The notes under the pieces: generated by a model
Seen by the model: only the letters and a program-made list of their open reading frames with translations
What the model was told of the DNA's origin: nothing
The model's database searches: none
Made by a program: the position numbers and the translations under genes
Assembly: GCA_050633245.1 (NCBI GenBank)
Contig: JBOEGD010000030.1
Coordinates: forward strand, 128,001-192,000
DNA from: Calditrichia bacterium
Lineage (GTDB): Bacteria; Calditrichota; Calditrichia; RBG-13-44-9; J075
Direction: 5' to 3'
Length of the DNA stretch: 64,000 nucleotides
Shown here: one piece after another, positions 28,858-38,377 of the stretch
Layout: every line of letters begins with the position of its first letter
Position numbering within the stretch: the stretch's first letter is position 1

Positions 28858-28875
28858 TTGTGAAAATATTCACAC
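28858..28875. promoter_or_regulatory. Rex/CRP-like palindromic operator in the divergent parA-like/rpmH region
   Basis: TTGTGAAAATATTCACAC: one mismatch to Rex TTGTGAA-N4-TTCACAA and a perfect CRP core TGTGA-N6-TCACA. Confidence 0.5.
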
Positions 28876-28983
28876 AACTTCATTTTATTGTTTCACGTAC
28901 ACTATCTTATTCTGCTCATTGACATCGACATCATTTTTTGTTTTATTTGAAGGCTTGAATCGAAACCATAGTGGAGATAGAAA

Positions 28984-29124
28984 ATGAAACGCACGTATCA
29001 ACCGCACAATCGTAAGCGCCGCAACAAACACGGCTTTCGCGCACGCATGGCTAGTAAGAATGGACGTCAGGTAATTGCCCGTCGTCGTGCCAAAGGACGC
29101 AAGCGTCTAACCGTAAGTGGTTAA
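28984..29124 (+). CDS. rpmH: 50S ribosomal protein L34 (not in the ORF track)
   Basis: [46 protein letters not shown], with a GGAG RBS. Confidence 0.98.
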   Translation: MKRTYQPHNRKRRNKHGFRARMASKNGRQVIARRRAKGRKRLTVSG

Positions 29125-29467
29125 CAGAACGAATCGAAAACGTACGCTTCCCCGGAAGCGTATGCTGAAGCAGTCGGATCTTATCCAGAAAGCCCTCAGA
29201 CGCGGCAGGAAGTATCCGGGGAAACATCTTGTGCTGTACGTTCTCGATTCAACTGAAAGTCAGTTTGCAGTTCTTGTTGCTACACGCCTTGGCAATGCAG
29301 TTCAACGCAATCGTATGAAGCGTTTGGCACGGGAAGTATATCGGTATCAGCAGCATCGGTTTGAGGGGAAAGTAGTTTTGTTTCTGTTGCGGAAATATCA
29401 TGATGTCTTTAGCGATCTGGAAGAGGACGTTTCGCACTTGCTTTCCCGGATAGAGAAAAAGTCGTAA
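29117..29467 (+). CDS. rnpA: Ribonuclease P protein component
   Basis: [18 protein letters not shown] motif; follows rpmH. Confidence 0.95.
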   Translation: MVNRTNRKRTLPRKRMLKQSDLIQKALRRGRKYPGKHLVLYVLDSTESQFAVLVATRLGNAVQRNRMKRLAREVYRYQQHRFEGKVVLFLLRKYHDVFSDLEEDVSHLLSRIEKKS

Positions 29468-29595
29468 CCCGCCAGTTATTCGTTCCTCCCTGCACAGATT
29501 TGCGCTACCAATTCCCGAAACATATTACTAACCGGTTCTATGCAAACCGGAACTTGTCTGCAATGCAGACATCACGATGATGATAAGGATTTAGG

Positions 29596-31443
29596 ATGGA
29601 CCAGAAACAGATAATCGGCATCTTTCTAATTGTCAGCATTTTCTTGTTGATGCCAACGTATTTAGAATGGATGGGTCTTGCCCCGCAGCCACAACCGGAA
29701 CAAGAAGCTCCCGCTGTTACTCAGGTTGACAGCAGTGCTACAGAAGAGCGTATTTCAGCTCCTCCAACATTACAGAGTGCTGCCATCGATTCACCGGAGA
29801 TGATGAGGGACTCAATAATTGCAGGTACAGAGCAAACAATCCCTGCAGTCGACTTCACGATACACACACCCTTACTGTCTGCCGAGTTTTCCAACGCTGC
29901 CGGTGGTCGCTTTACTCGCTGGGAGCTGAAGAAGTATGACTACTTCGACGGGGGCAAGGTTAACCTGGCAACGCCCAATAACGGATTCGACATTGAATTC
30001 AGCGATCCGAATGGCAAGCAAATTCAGCTTAGTAATTTCACGATGCAGTCTACCGATACGATTGGCGGCACCATCTCACTGGACGAAGCAAATCCGACCG
30101 CAGACATTGAACTATTCGTTCCTTATGGAAACGGGCGCATTATAAAGACCTATCGCTTTTACTACGATCGCTATGCAGTAGACGTTCTCATCCGCATGGA
30201 GAATGTTCAGAACCATATTGTGAATCGGTTTTATTCTGCTATTTGGGAAAACGGCCTGCCGAACATTGAAGAAAATCAGCAGGATGAAGCTCAGTATTCT
30301 CTTGTCATGCTCTCAACGGCCGGCAGTACCGATGACTTCTACGTTGATGCAGATGAAGACAACAGGCAGACATTTACCGGTGATCTGGACTGGGCAGCCG
30401 TTCGTAATAAGTATTTCACCGCTGCGATTCTCCCAGGCCAAGGTACCAAGATCGAGAATCTCCTGGTTGAAGGACGCGGTTTGCAGGATGCCGAAGAGAC
30501 AGACATTGGTCGCATTTACTCAACCATCGCTGAAGTTCCTCTGTCGCAGAGCAGTGCCCACGTCGATACATTTACCGTCTATGCCGGTCCATTAGACTAT
30601 CAGGTACTCAAAAGTTATGGCTCGACCATGCAGGACATGGTTTTGAATTCCGGTTGGTATGAACGTGCTTTTCGCTGGATCAGCATTTACCTGATTCTTC
30701 CGGCGTTCAAATTCCTGAACGGATTTATCCCGAACTACGGACTTGTCATCATCATTTTCTCCATCGTCATCAAGCTGCTTCTTTATCCGCTTACCAAAAA
30801 GAGCTACGAATCTACCGCTCGTATGACGGATCTGCGTCCGAAAATGACGGAGATTCAGGAGAAATACAAGAGCGATCCGGCTCGGCTACAGAAGGAAACC
30901 ATGAAGCTTTACAAGGACGAGGGTGTCAATCCACTTGGTGGCTGTTTGCCAATGCTTTTACAGATGCCTCTGCTGGTTGCATTATTCACCGTATTCCGCT
31001 CGACAATCCAGCTTCGTGGCGAACCCTTTATGCTATGGATAACCGACCTGTCCTTACCGGATCAGCTAGCGCTTCCATTTGAACTACCGTTCTTTGGTGC
31101 CGCTATTGCCATCCTGCCATTCCTGATGGGTATAACAATGCTCTTTCAGTCTATGGCAACAGTAACCGACCCGAAGCAAAAGGCTTTCGTTTACATGATG
31201 CCGGTAATGCTGACGTTCTTCTTTTACAGTTTTCCATCCGGACTGAACCTGTATTACTCAGTCTTTAATCTACTGACAATGCTTCAGACACAGATGATTA
31301 AAAAGAACATGCATAGCAACGACGCGGCAACAACAGCTGCGGCGGCGGCTCCTTCGCGCTCGAAGCCAACTACTGAAAAGGGCGGTGCGGCAAGACTTCC
31401 AAAGTCTCCGAAGGGCAGCCGAAAGAAGAAAAAGCAGAAGTAA
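29596..31443 (+). CDS. yidC: Membrane protein insertase YidC
   Basis: NYGLVIIIFSIVIKLLLYPL, GVNPLGGCLPMLLQMP, WITDLS and PSGLNLYY. Confidence 0.97.
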   Translation: MDQKQIIGIFLIVSIFLLMPTYLEWMGLAPQPQPEQEAPAVTQVDSSATEERISAPPTLQSAAIDSPEMMRDSIIAGTEQTIPAVDFTIHTPLLSAEFSNAAGGRFTRWELKKYDYFDGGKVNLATPNNGFDIEFSDPNGKQIQLSNFTMQSTDTIGGTISLDEANPTADIELFVPYGNGRIIKTYRFYYDRYAVDVLIRMENVQNHIVNRFYSAIWENGLPNIEENQQDEAQYSLVMLSTAGSTDDFYVDADEDNRQTFTGDLDWAAVRNKYFTAAILPGQGTKIENLLVEGRGLQDAEETDIGRIYSTIAEVPLSQSSAHVDTFTVYAGPLDYQVLKSYGSTMQDMVLNSGWYERAFRWISIYLILPAFKFLNGFIPNYGLVIIIFSIVIKLLLYPLTKKSYESTARMTDLRPKMTEIQEKYKSDPARLQKETMKLYKDEGVNPLGGCLPMLLQMPLLVALFTVFRSTIQLRGEPFMLWITDLSLPDQLALPFELPFFGAAIAILPFLMGITMLFQSMATVTDPKQKAFVYMMPVMLTFFFYSFPSGLNLYYSVFNLLTMLQTQMIKKNMHSNDAATTAAAAAPSRSKPTTEKGGAARLPKSPKGSRKKKKQK

Positions 31444-31508
31444 ATTCCTAAACCGCTGAAAGGTTTAAGAATCCGGACAGCTCTCTTTCACCACAGCATT
31501 TCGATTCC

Positions 31509-31541
31509 AAAGCCTTTCAGGGTATCCTGAAAGGCTTTTTT
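31509..31541 (+). terminator. Intrinsic terminator-like hairpin directly abutting the mnmE start
   Basis: AAAGCCTTTCAGG-GTAT-CCTGAAAGGCTTTTTT, followed immediately by ATG 31542. Confidence 0.7.
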
Positions 31542-32933
31542 ATGTCCGATTACTTAAACAACGGCGATACAATTATCGCTCTTTCCACTCCATTAGGTAA
31601 TGGCGCTATTGCCGTTATTCGCATTGGTGGCCCCGATGCACTCGCTGTATTTAATCCCTTCCTGAAGCAGCCTATTCGCGAAGAGGATGCCCGTAAGGCG
31701 ATCTTTAACGAGATAGTTACTCAAGACAAGACTACGATTGATCAGGTGATTACAACTTGGTTTCGCGCGCCTGCAAGCTATACCGGCGAAGACTTACTCG
31801 AGATCAGCTGTCACTGTAACCCACTGATTATCGATAGCATTATCGATCTGGCCATCAGCAATGGTGCTCGCGTAGCAGCACCGGGTGAGTTTACTTTTCG
31901 TGCTTTTCTAAACGGGAAGTTAAACCTGGCACAGGCTGAGGCCGTCTCAGATCTTATCAACTCACGTTCCCGGCAAAGCCTGACCCAGTCGATGCGCCAT
32001 CTGGAGGGGCGCTTATCTGAACGTATTTCAACAATACGCGAGCGTATTCTGAACCTGCTTTCGCTACTGGAAGTGAGCCTGGACTTCTCGGAAGACGAAA
32101 TTGAACTCATTCCTATGCCAGAACTTATCAACCGTATCGAAACGACTATTGCCGAGATCCAGCAATTTCTCCGCACTTACGACTATGGCCGCTTACTTCA
32201 GGAAGGAATAAAATTGCTGATCCTCGGTAAACCCAATGTTGGTAAATCGAGTCTGCTTAACGCACTTTTGCAGCGCGACCGCGCCATCGTTAGCGATATC
32301 CCCGGAACGACAAGAGACTACATTGAAGCCAATTTAGAGCTAGATGGACTGGCAGTTCAGGCAGTCGATACTGCCGGCATTCGCGATACCGAAGATACGG
32401 TCGAGGCCATTGGCGTAGAACGGGCACTCAACCAGCTTCAAACCGCAGACATTGCCCTCTGCGTTTTCGATGGAAACGCGCCGCTTAGCAGCGATGATAC
32501 AGTGCTAATAGATCTCATTTCAGAACATCAAAAAGACGTCTCGTTTATTCTTATCGCCAATAAGAGCGACCTCCTACAGAATGAACAAACCATACAAACC
32601 CTTGAAGCACTCACCTCTCCCCTATGCTCTCTTTCAGCTGTCACTTCCAGTGGAATAGATACGCTGAAACAAGACATCAAACGAAGTCTCATCAGCGACG
32701 TTAGTCTGGAATCAGAGGAAGTTGTTATTACAAGTGCTCGTCATAAGGCCGCACTTGATAAGACAATAGAATCTCTAGTACATTCCGTTCAGTCCATACA
32801 GGCTGGTGCATCTGAAGAAATCATTGCTATTGATATGCGATTAGCGCTTGATCACATCGGAGAGATCACCGGTGAAACCAGCTCAGAAGACGTTCTAAAC
32901 CATATATTCTCCAGCTTCTGTATTGGCAAATAA
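31542..32933 (+). CDS. mnmE: tRNA modification GTPase MnmE
   Basis: DTIIALSTP, GEFTFRAFLNGK, GKPNVGKSS, PGTTRD, DTAGIR and the FCIGK terminus. Confidence 0.97.
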   Translation: MSDYLNNGDTIIALSTPLGNGAIAVIRIGGPDALAVFNPFLKQPIREEDARKAIFNEIVTQDKTTIDQVITTWFRAPASYTGEDLLEISCHCNPLIIDSIIDLAISNGARVAAPGEFTFRAFLNGKLNLAQAEAVSDLINSRSRQSLTQSMRHLEGRLSERISTIRERILNLLSLLEVSLDFSEDEIELIPMPELINRIETTIAEIQQFLRTYDYGRLLQEGIKLLILGKPNVGKSSLLNALLQRDRAIVSDIPGTTRDYIEANLELDGLAVQAVDTAGIRDTEDTVEAIGVERALNQLQTADIALCVFDGNAPLSSDDTVLIDLISEHQKDVSFILIANKSDLLQNEQTIQTLEALTSPLCSLSAVTSSGIDTLKQDIKRSLISDVSLESEEVVITSARHKAALDKTIESLVHSVQSIQAGASEEIIAIDMRLALDHIGEITGETSSEDVLNHIFSSFCIGK

Positions 32934-32949
32934 CGTTTCACGTGAAACA
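32934..32949. other. parS site between the mnmE stop and the mnmG start
   Basis: CGTTTCACGTGAAACA, 15/16 to TGTTTCACGTGAAACA. Confidence 0.9.
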
Positions 32950-32961
32950 CTGAGAGTCAAA

Positions 32962-34860
32962 ATGAACACATTCGATGTTATAGTTGCCGGTGGCGGACAC
33001 GCCGGAATAGAGGCAGCACTAGCCGCTGCACGTCTTGGAATGCGCACGGCGATGGTCACGCTCAAAAAAGAAACCATCGGAAAGATGTCCTGTAACCCGG
33101 CAATTGGAGGATTAGCAAAGGGTCACCTGGTACGCGAGATCGATGCTCTCGGTGGAGAGATGGGCAAGATTATCGACGCAACCGGCATACACTTCAAGAT
33201 GCTCAATCGCTCTAAAGGTCCTGCCGTATGGTCACCACGCGCTCAGGCAGACAGGCATGGCTATATGTATGATGCTCAACGCAGGGTCTTTGCGCAGGAG
33301 AACCTAACGGTTGTCGCCGGGTCGGTAGTGGGAGTGCAGACGGCTCAAAATCGCGTTACAGCAGCCGTACTACAGGATGGACAGCTATTGCCCTGTCGTT
33401 CGATCATTTTGACCTGTGGAACGTTCCTGAACGCGTGTATTCATATCGGACTTAATAACCTTGAAAGTGGGCGTGCCGGCGAGCAGGCGGTCGGTGGATT
33501 AACCGAGAATCTAATCAACCTTGGCTTCAAGACCGGAAGGTTAAAAACCGGCACTCCACCGCGCATCCACAAAGACAGTGTAGACTGGGAGAAAACGGAA
33601 GAACAGCAACCAGATATACCACCTATCCCCTTCTCGTTCTCTACAGACAAGATTGATCGCGAACAGATCAGTTGCTTTATCACGTATACAAATCTGGAAA
33701 CGCATGAAAATCTACGCCTGGGCTTAGACCGCTCGCCGATGTATACCGGAATTATTAAAGGCATGGGACCGCGCTACTGTCCTTCGATAGAAGACAAAAT
33801 TGTGCGCTTTGAAGACAAAGATCGTCACCAAATATTTCTAGAACCTGAGGGCTACGACAACCCTGAAGTTTATGTAAACGGGTTCTCGACAAGCCTTCCT
33901 GCAGATGTTCAGGAGAAAGCAATTCGCACCGTCACCGGTCTTGAACGTGCTAAAATTGTACGGCTCGGCTATGCTGTCGAATATGATTTTTTCCCTTCCT
34001 ACCAACTTCATCAAACCCTGGAAGCCAAGTCTGTTGAAGGCCTCTATCTTGGTGGACAGATCAATGGCACCTCAGGATACGAAGAAGCTGCTGCCCAGGG
34101 ACTCATCGCCGGCATTAATGCGGCACTCAAACTCAAAGAAGAAGAGCCGTTTATTCTCGATAGATCCGAGGCTTATATCGGAGTATTAATAGACGACCTC
34201 ATCAACAAAACCATTCTCGAACCCTATCGCATGTTCACTTCCCGAGCCGAGTTTCGCTTGCTACTTCGCCACGATAATGCAGACCTCCGGCTCATGGAAA
34301 AGGGATATCGCACCGGCCTCACCAGTCAGCAAAGCTTTGACCGCATGTGTAAGAGAAGTCAGGAAATCACAGAGCTGACCAACCGCATCAACGATACTGT
34401 CGTTTCAGAAACCATCTTCAATGGCTGGGCCGAACAAAAGAACACCGCTCCCATTAAGGAAAACACTCCCCTGCCCAAACTTATCAAGCGGCCGGAAGTA
34501 AAACTGACCGACATGATTTCTGAAATGCAATGGGAAAAGCCCTATCAAAATTCCAGCATTGCAGAGGTGGAATTCACGATGAAATACGAAGGGTTTCTGA
34601 TACGCCAACAGGAACTGGTCGACAAGTTTGCTCGTTCTGAATCCACACCAATTCCAAATTGGATCGACTATGATTCCCTAACAGCACTTTCTGCAGAGAG
34701 TCGAGAAAAGCTCAAAAAAGTGCAACCAAAATCTATTGGACAAGCAACACGAATATCAGGCGTGCGCCACAGCGACCTGGCAATTCTATTAGTGCATGTC
34801 GAAAAGGGATCCCGTAAGGGAAAATCGGACAAGAGTGTTTCACGTGAAACGTTGGGATAA
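32962..34860 (+). CDS. mnmG: tRNA uridine-5-carboxymethylaminomethyl modification enzyme MnmG (GidA)
   Basis: GGGHAGIEAA, MSCNPAIGG, GPRYCPSIEDK and GQINGTSGYEEAAAQG. ATG 32962 preferred over TTG 32923. Confidence 0.98.
   Translation: MNTFDVIVAGGGHAGIEAALAAARLGMRTAMVTLKKETIGKMSCNPAIGGLAKGHLVREIDALGGEMGKIIDATGIHFKMLNRSKGPAVWSPRAQADRHGYMYDAQRRVFAQENLTVVAGSVVGVQTAQNRVTAAVLQDGQLLPCRSIILTCGTFLNACIHIGLNNLESGRAGEQAVGGLTENLINLGFKTGRLKTGTPPRIHKDSVDWEKTEEQQPDIPPIPFSFSTDKIDREQISCFITYTNLETHENLRLGLDRSPMYTGIIKGMGPRYCPSIEDKIVRFEDKDRHQIFLEPEGYDNPEVYVNGFSTSLPADVQEKAIRTVTGLERAKIVRLGYAVEYDFFPSYQLHQTLEAKSVEGLYLGGQINGTSGYEEAAAQGLIAGINAALKLKEEEPFILDRSEAYIGVLIDDLINKTILEPYRMFTSRAEFRLLLRHDNADLRLMEKGYRTGLTSQQSFDRMCKRSQEITELTNRINDTVVSETIFNGWAEQKNTAPIKENTPLPKLIKRPEVKLTDMISEMQWEKPYQNSSIAEVEFTMKYEGFLIRQQELVDKFARSESTPIPNWIDYDSLTALSAESREKLKKVQPKSIGQATRISGVRHSDLAILLVHVEKGSRKGKSDKSVSRETLG
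34836..34851. other. parS site encoded in the last codons of mnmG
   Basis: TGTTTCACGTGAAACG; translates as VSRET. Confidence 0.9.
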
Positions 34861-35070
34861 AAAAAGAGCTTGTTAATCGTAATTAACAAGCAACGAATAA
34901 GAAGTGGCGAGTAAAATTATTCGCATTAGACAAGCAGAGAAACAAAAAAGAACCCTAAACTACAACAAAAACAACCGCTTATCCTCTGTCCAGCTTTTTA
35001 CCCTGCTGGCATATTGCTTTTCACTTCTTACATCTTACTTCTAGTTTCTAGCTTCCAGCTGCCAACTGAT

Positions 35071-36072
35071 CTACTGCTTCACAACCTTCCAAACTGAATC
35101 AACAAAATCTTTTCGCGTATCGTAGTATTGATTTTCAATGGCATATCCGGTTCGCTCTGCCAATTCCTGAATGTCCGTTTCCAGATATTTATAGGAATAT
35201 TCCGTATGAATCGGCTCCCATGCCTTGAAGGTGAAGCTCTGTCCCAACTCTTTAATTGTCACGGTCTGCGCTTCAAGGCTAACCAAGTAACTTTCAATCG
35301 CGCCGGAGAAAACATTGTAGGATGAATAAAAACGAAATTTACTACGATTAAAATTACCTCCCAATTCACGATTTATTCGCGTTAGAAGATTCAGATTAAA
35401 AGCAGCAGTGACTCCTTTCGAATCATTGTAGGCGCTGAGCATACGCTCAATATCTTTCTTTAAGTCGAAGCCAATCATTACAGAATCACCATCATTCAGG
35501 CAATTCCATAGACTGCGTAAAAAAACCCGCGCTTCCATCTTCGGGAAATTTCCTAAATTTGAACCCAGAAAAAGCACCAAGTTTCGTTTTTCTGAGAAAC
35601 GGGAAATCCATTTTAATGCTTCAAAGTACTCTGCAACCAGGCCATTCATTTTCAATTCAGGATGTTGTTGACGCATCGATTGCACTAAATCTTTCATCAC
35701 TCCCTCAGAAATGTCAATCGGCACATAGTCAAACTTTAGCTTCCTTTGCTGAAAATACTTCAAAAGAACGTTCGTTTTTTTGCCATCACCAGCCCCCAAC
35801 TCTACCAAATTAAAAGGCTCATTTCCCATAGATTGAGCAATAGCCTCTCCATGAGACTCGAAAATCTCATATTCCAAATTCGTTAAATAATACTCTGGAA
35901 TATTCATTATTTGCTGAAAAAGGCGACTTCCCTCATCATCATAAAAATATTTAGAACTCAAACGCTTGGGATATTCCGATAACCCTATCAAAACATCGAG
36001 AGCAAACTGCCTATTCGCATGTTCAATACCATCTAAATCTTTGGGTTCCAGTATTCTATAACCGCTACTCAT
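35071..36072 (-). CDS. egtD: L-histidine N(alpha)-methyltransferase
   Basis: SKYFYDDEGSRLFQQI...PEYYLT, ELGAGDGKKT, AYNDSKGVTAAFNLNLL and IHTEYSYKY. Confidence 0.92.
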   Translation of the reverse strand: MSSGYRILEPKDLDGIEHANRQFALDVLIGLSEYPKRLSSKYFYDDEGSRLFQQIMNIPEYYLTNLEYEIFESHGEAIAQSMGNEPFNLVELGAGDGKKTNVLLKYFQQRKLKFDYVPIDISEGVMKDLVQSMRQQHPELKMNGLVAEYFEALKWISRFSEKRNLVLFLGSNLGNFPKMEARVFLRSLWNCLNDGDSVMIGFDLKKDIERMLSAYNDSKGVTAAFNLNLLTRINRELGGNFNRSKFRFYSSYNVFSGAIESYLVSLEAQTVTIKELGQSFTFKAWEPIHTEYSYKYLETDIQELAERTGYAIENQYYDTRKDFVDSVWKVVKQ

Positions 36073-36133
36073 CTCATCCTCGTTGGGTTCCGGGTATTTG
36101 GGGAGCTGGCTTAACTTGAGAATCGACTATTTC

Positions 36134-36976
36134 TTAGGAGTTATTCGATTTCTTTTTCTTCTTCTTTCCTTTTGTCTGTTCCGCAACCGGCTCTTTGAGC
36201 ACCGCGTCTTCTATTGGAACAGCGCGATACATCAGCCAAGCTCCAAGTGCAACCAGTGGAATACTAAGTATTTGCCCCATGTTTAACGGCAATCCACCCT
36301 CCCATGCCACCTGGTTTTCCTTAAAAAACTCTACAAAAAAGCGAAATCCAAAAACAGAGGCCAAAAACAATCCAAACAAATAACCTTGTTTTGCACGAAT
36401 AACAGGTTTTTTATAGAGCATATACAGTAAAATAAAGACGGTTAAATAGGCAACAGCTTCATAAATCTGCGTTGGATGCCGAGGAATATTATCAACAGAT
36501 TTAAAAATAAAGGCCCAGGAAACATCTGTCGGCTTTCCATAAATTTCCGAATTGAATAGATTTCCAAGCCGAATAAAACAACCGGCCAGCGCAACAACAA
36601 CCACAACTCTGTCAACAGTCCATAAATAAGTCACGTGTTTATGCTTCTTTACGAAGTAATAGAGAGCTAAAAGAATTCCAATGGCAGCACCATGACTGGC
36701 TAATCCACCCTGCCAAATCTTAAATATCTCGATAGGATGACTTAAATAGTAGCCTGGATCATAAAAAAGACAATGTCCAAGACGAGCGCCAACGAGTGTT
36801 CCGATAAAAACATATAGAAATAAATCATCAACGTACTCGGCCGGACGTTTCTCGGAGACATACATATCTCGAGAGATGTAAAATCCGAGCAAAAAAGAAA
36901 AAACAAAGGCAAGGCTATACCAGCGTAGTGTGAAAAATCCGATAGTAAAGATTTCCCGGCTTACATCCCATTCCAT
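36134..36976 (-). CDS. lgt: Prolipoprotein diacylglyceryl transferase
   Basis: LRWYSL, GARLGHCLFY, GGLASHG, RLGNLFNSEIYG and RHPTQIYE; ATG 36976. Confidence 0.96.
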   Translation of the reverse strand: MEWDVSREIFTIGFFTLRWYSLAFVFSFLLGFYISRDMYVSEKRPAEYVDDLFLYVFIGTLVGARLGHCLFYDPGYYLSHPIEIFKIWQGGLASHGAAIGILLALYYFVKKHKHVTYLWTVDRVVVVVALAGCFIRLGNLFNSEIYGKPTDVSWAFIFKSVDNIPRHPTQIYEAVAYLTVFILLYMLYKKPVIRAKQGYLFGLFLASVFGFRFFVEFFKENQVAWEGGLPLNMGQILSIPLVALGAWLMYRAVPIEDAVLKEPVAEQTKGKKKKKKSNNS

Positions 36977-37060
36977 AAAAGTGCTCCTGGCGGTGTTCAA
37001 AAGACAGTTGATTAACAAAAATCAGAGATTCATCAAAAGTATGCAATAAATAAGACAAAG

Positions 37061-37093
37061 AAAAAGCCGGGTAGAAAATGTTTTCCACCCGGC
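37061..37093 (-). terminator. Terminator hairpin downstream of the HMA gene
   Basis: GCCGGGTAGAAAA-TG-TTTTCCACCCGGC with flanking A-runs. Confidence 0.6.
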
Positions 37094-37123
37094 CACAAAA
37101 AATTGTAAATACATGCTCAAGTT

Positions 37124-37444
37124 TTAGTTAACCGAAACCGTATATCCGGCATCGCCTATAACTTTAACCAATTTCTCGGTGTCCGTTCGCGAAGGGTCAA
37201 AAGTAATACTGGCAGAATTAGCCTCAAGATTAACCTTTTGTTCGACAACACCATCAACTGCAGCAATTGCAGTTTCGATTGAGCTTGCACATCCCTGGCA
37301 CGTCATTCCCTCAACACCAACAGCAATCGTTTGTGTTTTGGAAGGAACTTCGGCAACCGCCTTAGCGGAAACATCCTCAGACTTTGAACAGCCTGCAGAT
37401 ACCAGAAAAAAACTTGCGATCATCAGCATCATAATATTTTTCAT
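37124..37444 (-). CDS. Heavy-metal-associated (CopZ/MerP-like) lipoprotein
   Basis: Lipobox SAGC; VEGMTCQGC metal-binding motif. Confidence 0.9.
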   Translation of the reverse strand: MKNIMMLMIASFFLVSAGCSKSEDVSAKAVAEVPSKTQTIAVGVEGMTCQGCASSIETAIAAVDGVVEQKVNLEANSASITFDPSRTDTEKLVKVIGDAGYTVSVN

Positions 37445-37551
37445 AAGAACCTCATCTATTGAATAATCAAAAAATGGAAAAGCTTCAAAAATTAAATTAA
37501 GCTGTGCAAAATAAGAAAGCAACCAACAAACAGATTAGAATTTCACATAAA

Positions 37552-38334
37552 TTAGTTCAAGCGAAATTCAAGACCATTTGTTAACACTAAATCATGCTTT
37601 TTTACCCCATCGGGAGGTCGGGCATCATAATTTAGCCCCATAAGGGCCCTTAAATCGACGCGATCCGCAATGCCAACTCGTAGTATTACTTGCGACAGGA
37701 TACGAGAATCTGAGCGATCCTGAAGGGCCGTTTGGAGATAGGTTATTGCTGAAAATTGAAAATTTGGGTCCATTTTCGCATAAATGGAAACATAATTGGT
37801 CGATCGAAATTGTTGTCGAATTACTCCACTACTTTCAATTGTTTCCTCTTCCCACATTAGTCCCACACCTAAATAGCACTCAAACCGTACTTCCTGACTA
37901 TCTTTAACTCTCTGGAGAAAAAGATTAAGACGTCCACCGCCACCAATTAAATTTCTGGATCGCAAGTCAGTAAAATCATTGAAGGCTTTTTGAACAAATA
38001 ATTCTCCTGTAGTTCGCCTTGAGAAATCTTGCATTACCCGCCAGTGCAAAAAGCCCTTATTTATAAAATCTGCCTCTTTGCGAATCCCGCGCTGGTAGTT
38101 ACCAACGGCAAAGCTATAAAAAGCCTTCCGGGAATAGTCGAGTCTAAGGTCAGTATCAATTTTAAAGAATTCGGTATTCCCGGAAAGTAAAGTAAATCCA
38201 ACACCTGCCTTTCCAGCAAAGCCGGGAGCAGCCTCTCTTTTTCGAAGCCTTTCAGTATTTACCTGCCCGAACAGCTCAGCGAAAAAACTAATTGATAGGA
38301 TAAAAAGAAGAAAGAGTTGAAAAAACGAGGTCAT
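37552..38334 (-). CDS. DUF481-type outer-membrane beta-barrel protein
   Basis: Signal peptide, QVNTERLR, SGNT and amphipathic strands ending GLEFRLN; ATG 38334. Confidence 0.7.
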   Translation of the reverse strand: MTSFFQLFLLFILSISFFAELFGQVNTERLRKREAAPGFAGKAGVGFTLLSGNTEFFKIDTDLRLDYSRKAFYSFAVGNYQRGIRKEADFINKGFLHWRVMQDFSRRTTGELFVQKAFNDFTDLRSRNLIGGGGRLNLFLQRVKDSQEVRFECYLGVGLMWEEETIESSGVIRQQFRSTNYVSIYAKMDPNFQFSAITYLQTALQDRSDSRILSQVILRVGIADRVDLRALMGLNYDARPPDGVKKHDLVLTNGLEFRLN

Positions 38335-38377
38335 GCGTCCTCCCTGTGCATAAGTGACAAGACAAAAGAATAAGAAC

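Noticed and set aside
29468-29595. Hidden yidD between rnpA and yidC
   Set aside because: The gap is only 128 bp and no CRFxPTCSxY-like motif is visible.
32923-32961. N-terminal extension of MnmG (MANNVSRETLRVK), giving an apparent VSRET repeat at both ends
   Set aside because: The TTG start overlaps mnmE, and family similarity begins at ATG 32962. The peptide repeat simply reflects the two parS sites.
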